From an uncultured Christensenella sp. (GTDB lineage: Bacteria > Bacillota > Clostridia > Christensenellales > UBA1242): 64,000 bases of DNA. A program made the position numbers and the translations under genes. The stretch is from NCBI GenBank assembly GCA_949300385.1, contig CASGDZ010000002.1, forward strand, positions 111,758 to 175,757, given 5' to 3'. This document shows positions 59,492-64,000 of this stretch, one piece after another (the first letter of the stretch is position 1; every line of letters starts with the position of its first letter). Under the pieces are notes generated by a model that saw only the letters and a program-made list of their open reading frames with translations, was not told the DNA's origin and did no database searches.

Positions 59492-60001
59492 ATGAAAGTT
59501 AAGAAATTAGGTCGTCCAACCGAAGAAAGATTAGCTATAATGCGCAATCAAGCTACAGACCTTCTTTGGAAAGGCAAGATTGAAACTACCTTAGCGAGAG
59601 CAAAGTCTTTAAAGAGTTATGTAGAAAAATTGTTAACACTTGCAATCAATTCATACGAAGATGTTGTATCTGTACAAAAGTCTTTCGTTGATGCTAAGGG
59701 TGAAAAATCTACTCGTGAAGTTATGAACGATGGTCCAAAGAAACTTGCTGCGCGTAGAAAAATTACAGCTAAAACTTATTCTGTAAAGGAAGAGCGTAAA
59801 CCAGGTGAGAAGAAAGCCGATTATGTTGCGCGTATTGATAATATTAAAAACCCTTTACTTGAAAAAATATTTAATGTATACGCACCAAAATATGCTGAGC
59901 GCGCTAAAGAGTTAGGACAAAAGGGTGGATATACTCGTATTATAAAATTGGGTATTCGCAAAGGCGACAATGCAGAGATGGCTATTATAGAGTTAATTTA
60001 A
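59492..60001 (+). CDS. rplQ: 50S ribosomal protein L17 (bL17) with an internal ~55-aa insertion
   Basis: KLGR.....A..RN....L...[10 protein letters not shown] at the N-terminus and [23 protein letters not shown] at the C-terminus. Confidence 0.95.
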   Translation: MKVKKLGRPTEERLAIMRNQATDLLWKGKIETTLARAKSLKSYVEKLLTLAINSYEDVVSVQKSFVDAKGEKSTREVMNDGPKKLAARRKITAKTYSVKEERKPGEKKADYVARIDNIKNPLLEKIFNVYAPKYAERAKELGQKGGYTRIIKLGIRKGDNAEMAIIELI

Positions 60002-60017
60002 TTTACTCGACAAACAA

Positions 60018-60040
60018 ATGGGCATTTATGCTCATTTTTT
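60018..60040 (+). terminator. Intrinsic terminator ending the ribosomal cluster
   Basis: ATGGGCA-ttta-TGCTCAT (one G-U pair) followed by tttttt. Confidence 0.7.
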
Positions 60041-60064
60041 AAACTTACAAAAAAGGAAATTATT

Positions 60065-60634
60065 ATGTTAATTAAAAATATGTATAAATCTAATAAAAGT
60101 TATCCTATTTTACATGGTAAAGTAGGTGGCTACTGGTTCGAATTCGCAAATGGTAATCTAAGCAAAGTTTTTTACAATGCAAGAAACTTTGTGGCAGGTT
60201 TTGCAGCAGTTCAAGAATTTAATAATAGTGAATGGAGATTTTTAAATTTAAGAAACGCACTTTCTAGAGATAGTTATGTGACTGTAAATAATTATGATGA
60301 TCACAATGGTTTTGCCCATGTCATTTTATCTAAAGATAAAGCGATAGAAGGAGAAACGAATTTTCAGCGTGATTATATAGGCAGGTTATCAAATGGATTA
60401 ACAAGTTCGGGTCAGGCATTTTATTTGTACATAACAGGGCAACTCGATTGGAAAAACATGAAAATGAAATATTTCGATGATGAAAAGTTCATGCAAGCTG
60501 TAAAAAAAGAAGAGATGAGAAGATATCTAGCAAAAAATCCTAAAGCTACACGCGAAGAAAAACAAGATTTTTTAGCATTGTTAGACGAAAAGATCGCAAC
60601 TCTTTGTAGAGAAGAATTAAACAATAAAAAATAA
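60065..60634 (+). CDS. Hypothetical protein (189 aa)
   Basis: SD AAGGAA upstream. Weak WG-repeat-like strings (VAGFAAVQEFNNSEWRFLN, NGFAHVIL). No confident family. Confidence 0.7.
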   Translation: MLIKNMYKSNKSYPILHGKVGGYWFEFANGNLSKVFYNARNFVAGFAAVQEFNNSEWRFLNLRNALSRDSYVTVNNYDDHNGFAHVILSKDKAIEGETNFQRDYIGRLSNGLTSSGQAFYLYITGQLDWKNMKMKYFDDEKFMQAVKKEEMRRYLAKNPKATREEKQDFLALLDEKIATLCREELNNKK

Positions 60635-60698
60635 AATTATTATCAAACTACAAAATGTTAAAAAGCCTGTATCGAATGATGAAATATTAAGTAAAAAT

Positions 60699-60723
60699 AT
60701 AGTCAACAAGTTTGACTATTTTT
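60699..60723 (+). terminator. Intrinsic terminator after the 189-aa gene
   Basis: ATAGTCAA-caagt-TTGACTAT followed by tttt. Confidence 0.65.
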
Positions 60724-60830
60724 ATTATTTATCTTAAATTGAATATAGATATATGAAAAATTATATTATAGAAATGAAATTATTTTAGATAATATTGTAT
60801 TCAAATTTAAAATGGATAAATAATTAAGTA

Positions 60831-60859
60831 TTGACAAATTATATATTTTTTGTTATCCT
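60831..60859 (+). promoter_or_regulatory. Candidate promoter of the Fic-like gene
   Basis: TTGACA (60831-36), a 17-nt spacer ending in TGt, then TATCCT (60854-59). Confidence 0.45.
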
Positions 60860-60879
60860 AAAAACAAAAGGAAAGGTAA

Positions 60880-61842
60880 ATGGGTAAAGAATTAGATTTA
60901 AGTATTTGGGACGAAATTGAAGACCTTCATGATTTTGATAAGTCACTTATTTCTAAGAAAATCAATTATATCGAGAAAAAGAAACAAGAAAATAATGAAA
61001 TTAGAGAGTTGATTGCTGAAAAAAATAAGCGTATCGATATGGATTATGTTCGAGATTCTGATTTAATTGAAAATATTGTAGATATAACTGTAAAAGAAGG
61101 CGAAGATATTGAAGTTGAGTATATAAATGATGAGGGTGAAATTTCAAAAAAAATAATTCATTTTACAACACATTTAGATGCAGTAAATGAAGCAATAACG
61201 CAAGCCAGAAAAGATAAAGAGATATATAAGAATACAGGAATTATGCCTCCACTTACTATTGATTTTATTGAACATATTCATGAATTATTATTTAGAACAT
61301 ATATTCTTTTTAATACAAGAATTGATAAATATACTTCTAGACCAATGTCACCTGATGGATATGGTAAATTTAGAGAGACCGTGCTTATAAATGGGAAACC
61401 ACATAAATATAATGTTGAAGTTGAAGAATGCTCATGGATAACTCCTAGTGATAGTGACGATGTTCGCGAGCATATGAAACAATTAGTAGATAAATATAAC
61501 AATTCAAAACTAAATCCAATTTTAAAAGCGATAATTTTTAAAATTATGTTAATTAATATGCAACCTTTTAGAGATGGCAATAAGCGGACTTCTAGAATTA
61601 TGCTAAATTATATGCTAGTTAGAAATGGGATACCAACTGTAACTATAATGGCTAAACAAAAAGAAGAATATTTTAAGGCTATTCATGATGCAGTAGTAGA
61701 TAAAAATTATAAACCAATTATAAATTTAGTTTTAAATTCGCTTGATTATAGGTGTGATGAATATATAAATCTTATTAAAGCATATGAAGAAAACAAACTT
61801 GAAGAGAAAAATATAAATGGTACGACAATAAATTTAAATTAA
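60880..61842 (+). CDS. Fic/Doc-family protein with a degenerate active-site motif (QPFRDGNKRTSR)
   Basis: AIIFKIMLINMQPFRDGNKRTSRIMLNYMLVRNGIPTV matches the Fic core HxFx(D/E)GN(G/K)RxxR, except His is Gln (CAA at 61561-63). Confidence 0.8.
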   Translation: MGKELDLSIWDEIEDLHDFDKSLISKKINYIEKKKQENNEIRELIAEKNKRIDMDYVRDSDLIENIVDITVKEGEDIEVEYINDEGEISKKIIHFTTHLDAVNEAITQARKDKEIYKNTGIMPPLTIDFIEHIHELLFRTYILFNTRIDKYTSRPMSPDGYGKFRETVLINGKPHKYNVEVEECSWITPSDSDDVREHMKQLVDKYNNSKLNPILKAIIFKIMLINMQPFRDGNKRTSRIMLNYMLVRNGIPTVTIMAKQKEEYFKAIHDAVVDKNYKPIINLVLNSLDYRCDEYINLIKAYEENKLEEKNINGTTINLN

Positions 61843-61930
61843 ATAGTTGTTGTTTTAATTAAAAATGAATATAACTGTAAATTTTGTTAAATTCCATTAT
61901 ATAACTTCATAAATTATCTAAAAAACTATC

Positions 61931-61971
61931 GGTAAAATTGTTCAAACTATTGACAATTTTACCTTTTTTTT
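61931..61971 (+). terminator. Terminator-like hairpin after the Fic-like gene, overlapping the rpsL promoter -35
   Basis: Perfect 10-bp inverted repeat GGTAAAATTG (61931-40) / CAATTTTACC (61954-63), with a 13-nt loop, then tttttttt. Confidence 0.5.
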
Positions 61972-61978
61972 ATATAAT
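61950..61978 (+). promoter_or_regulatory. Consensus promoter of the str operon (rpsL-rpsG-fusA)
   Basis: TTGACA (61950-55), a 17-nt spacer, then TATAAT (61973-78). Confidence 0.75.
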
Positions 61979-62046
61979 TTACTTGTTATAGATTAAATGC
62001 TGCTATGTCTATATAAGAGGTTGCAAAAATTTATAAGGAGGAAATA

Positions 62047-62418
62047 ATGCCTACAGTTAATCAATTGGTTAGAAAAGGTAGAGTTAAACAAGTAGCTAAA
62101 AGTCAATCAATCCTTTTGGATGAATGTCCACAAAAGCGTGGTGTTTGTTTGTCTGTTACTACTACTACACCTAAAAAACCTAACTCAGCTTTGCGTAAGA
62201 TTTGTCGTGTTCGTTTGTCTAATGGTAAGGAAACAACTTGCTATATTCCAGGAGAAGGTCACAATCTTCAAGAGCACAATGTTGTATTGGTTCGTGGCGG
62301 AAGAGTGCCTGATCTACCAGGTGTTCGTTATCATGTTATCCGTGGCGCGCTTGATACAGCTGCTGTTCAAAAGCGTAAACAAGGTAGAAGTAAATATGGC
62401 GCTAAACGCCCTAAGTAA
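62047..62418 (+). CDS. rpsL: 30S ribosomal protein S12 (uS12)
   Basis: [12 protein letters not shown] and [43 protein letters not shown] upstream. Confidence 0.98.
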   Translation: MPTVNQLVRKGRVKQVAKSQSILLDECPQKRGVCLSVTTTTPKKPNSALRKICRVRLSNGKETTCYIPGEGHNLQEHNVVLVRGGRVPDLPGVRYHVIRGALDTAAVQKRKQGRSKYGAKRPK

Positions 62419-62452
62419 TTTAGCGTATAATATTTTTATTTCATAGTCGATA

Positions 62453-62474
62453 TAGACAACTTAGTGTTGTCTTA
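62453..62474 (+). promoter_or_regulatory. Hairpin in the rpsL-rpsG spacer
   Basis: TAGACAAC-ttagt-GTTGTCTTA, with no following T-run. Confidence 0.3.
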
Positions 62475-62514
62475 ATATAAAATTTTGTAATTTAATTATA
62501 TAAGGAGAAAAAAT

Positions 62515-62985
62515 ATGTCAAGAAGAAATGCAGCTGTAAAGCGCGAAGTATTGCCAGATCCAGTTTACAATTCAAAACTTGTTACAAAAATCGTTAACCA
62601 AGTTATGTTGGATGGCAAAAAAGGTCTTGCTCAATCAATCGTTTACAGCGCTATGAAAACTGCTGGCGAAAAGATTGGCGAAGATTCTTTAAATGTATTA
62701 ACTACAGCTATTGAGAATATTAAACCAAAACTTGAAACTAAAGCAAGAAGAGTTGGCGGTGCTAATTACCAAGTTCCTATGGAAATTAATGCTGATCGTC
62801 AACAAACATTAGCTATTCGTTGGTTAGTTCTATGCGCAAGAAAGCGTAATGAGCGCGGTATGGAAGCACGCCTTTCTGCTGAAATCGTCGATGCATACAA
62901 CCAAGCTGGTGGCGCTATCAAGAAGCGTGATGATATGCACAGACAAGCAGAGGCAAATAAAGCTTTCGCACACTATCGTTGGTAA
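62515..62985 (+). CDS. rpsG: 30S ribosomal protein S7 (uS7)
   Basis: [19 protein letters not shown] and [12 protein letters not shown]....R...LAIRW. Confidence 0.98.
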   Translation: MSRRNAAVKREVLPDPVYNSKLVTKIVNQVMLDGKKGLAQSIVYSAMKTAGEKIGEDSLNVLTTAIENIKPKLETKARRVGGANYQVPMEINADRQQTLAIRWLVLCARKRNERGMEARLSAEIVDAYNQAGGAIKKRDDMHRQAEANKAFAHYRW

Positions 62986-62997
62986 TAGGGGGATATA

Positions 62998-64000
62998 ATG
63001 GCAAGACAAGTTCCGTTAGAGAAAATTAGAAATATTGGTATTATGGCACACATCGATACAGGTAAAACTACCACTACTGAGCGTATATTGTTCTATACTG
63101 GTATTAACCATAAAATCGGTGAGGTTCATGATGGTGAAGCAACAATGGACTGGATGGCTCAAGAGCAAGAGCGTGGTATTACTATCACATCTGCTTGTAC
63201 AACTTGTAAATGGCAAGATTGTACCATAAATATTATTGATACTCCAGGACACGTTGACTTTACAGTAGAAGTTGAGCGTTCATTGAAAGTGTTAGACGGC
63301 GCCGTTGCACTATTTAGTGCGCGTGCAGGTGTTCAAGCGCAAAGTGAAAATGTATGGCGTCAAGCATCAAAATTTAATGTTCCTCGTCTTTGTTTTATAA
63401 ACAAGATGGACATTAATGACGCAAATTTCTTAAAAGCTGTTACAAGCATTAGAGAAGTTTTAGGTGCTAACGCTGTGCCTATTCAATTGCCTATAGGTGA
63501 TGCTGAAACATTCAAAGGTATAGTTGATCTAGTTAAAATGAAAGCATATGTATTCTATGACGATTTAGGTAAAGATGTTAGAGAGGAAGAAATCCCTGCT
63601 GACATGCTTAAAGATTGTCAGGAATATAGACAAAAAATGATAGAATCAGTAGCAGAAACTGATGACGCTTTGCTTGATAAATTCTTCGCTGGAGAAGAAT
63701 TCACAATTGAAGAAATCAAGAGAGGTATTCGTACTGCTACATGTCAATTGAAGATGTTCCCAGTTTTATGCGGTACTGCTGCTAAGAATAAGGGTATTCA
63801 AGAGTTATTGGACGCAATCGTTGATTATATGCCAAGCCCAATCGATGTTCCACCTATTAAAGGTGTTATGTTAGACGGCACTACTGTTGAGAGAAACAAC
63901 AGCGATAGCGAACCTTTTGCAGCACTTGCATTCAAGATCGCTACTGACCCATATGTTGGTCGTATTACATTTATTCGTGTGTACAGTGGTAGTTTAAGTG
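62998..64000 (+). CDS. fusA: Elongation factor G, 3'-partial (runs off the window; absent from the ORF track)
   Basis: Hand translation gives [35 protein letters not shown]...[17 protein letters not shown]...FINKMD. Frame 1 is open to nt 64000. Confidence 0.95.
   Translation, partial: MARQVPLEKIRNIGIMAHIDTGKTTTTERILFYTGINHKIGEVHDGEATMDWMAQEQERGITITSACTTCKWQDCTINIIDTPGHVDFTVEVERSLKVLDGAVALFSARAGVQAQSENVWRQASKFNVPRLCFINKMDINDANFLKAVTSIREVLGANAVPIQLPIGDAETFKGIVDLVKMKAYVFYDDLGKDVREEEIPADMLKDCQEYRQKMIESVAETDDALLDKFFAGEEFTIEEIKRGIRTATCQLKMFPVLCGTAAKNKGIQELLDAIVDYMPSPIDVPPIKGVMLDGTTVERNNSDSEPFAALAFKIATDPYVGRITFIRVYSGSLS

Noticed and set aside
60065-61842. The 189-aa gene plus the Fic-like gene as a Fic toxin-antitoxin operon
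   Set aside because: The genes are separated by 245 bp containing a terminator and a promoter. The upstream protein has no (S/T)xxxE(G/N) inhibitory motif, and the Fic motif lacks the catalytic His.
62120-62446. 108-aa ORF in an alternative + frame over rpsL, and 63016-63252(-) / 63035-63229(+) inside fusA
   Set aside because: They are nested in unmistakable S12 and EF-G coding sequence, and the translations are Cys/Phe/Leu-rich with no motifs.
1-64000. Mobile elements, prophage, rRNA/tRNA genes and a code-4 (TGA = Trp) reading
   Set aside because: I recognised no transposase, integrase or phage structural signatures. No spacer folds as a tRNA. TGG encodes conserved Trp in r-proteins, and TGA terminates murC at the expected length.

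Overview
Low-GC Bacillota (Clostridia-like) chromosomal window, read with the standard bacterial code: TGG encodes Trp throughout and TGA terminates murC. It has two halves. (1) nt 1-37,500 is an accessory region dominated by surface proteins. It holds a giant ORF open from nt 1 to 18,762 (6,253 codons in-window, 5' end off-window), a convergent orphan lipoprotein, a 3,007-aa mosaic repeat protein and a 1,077-aa protein of similar architecture. The three large proteins (not the lipoprotein) are built around GLUG-type GG[LIVF][IV]G beta-solenoid repeats. The four genes total about 32 kb, half the window. comFC, recD2 and mscL are interspersed. (2) nt 37,500-64,000 is core: spoVG, murC, rpmE-prmC-prfA and two orphan genes, then a complete S10-spc-alpha ribosomal cluster from rpsJ to rplQ. 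That cluster includes secY, adk, map, a KOW protein, infA, and rpmJ, which I found by hand. It is followed by a two-gene insert (a 189-aa orphan plus a Fic/Doc-like protein whose catalytic His is Gln) and the str operon (rpsL, rpsG, and the 5' part of fusA running off the 3' edge). I recognised no rRNA, tRNA, CRISPR array, transposase, integrase or prophage genes. The main candidate for something new is the giant GLUG-protein locus, especially the internal membrane hairpin and Tyr-rich C-terminal domain of the giant ORF. All family and domain names come from motif recognition by eye, not from database searches.
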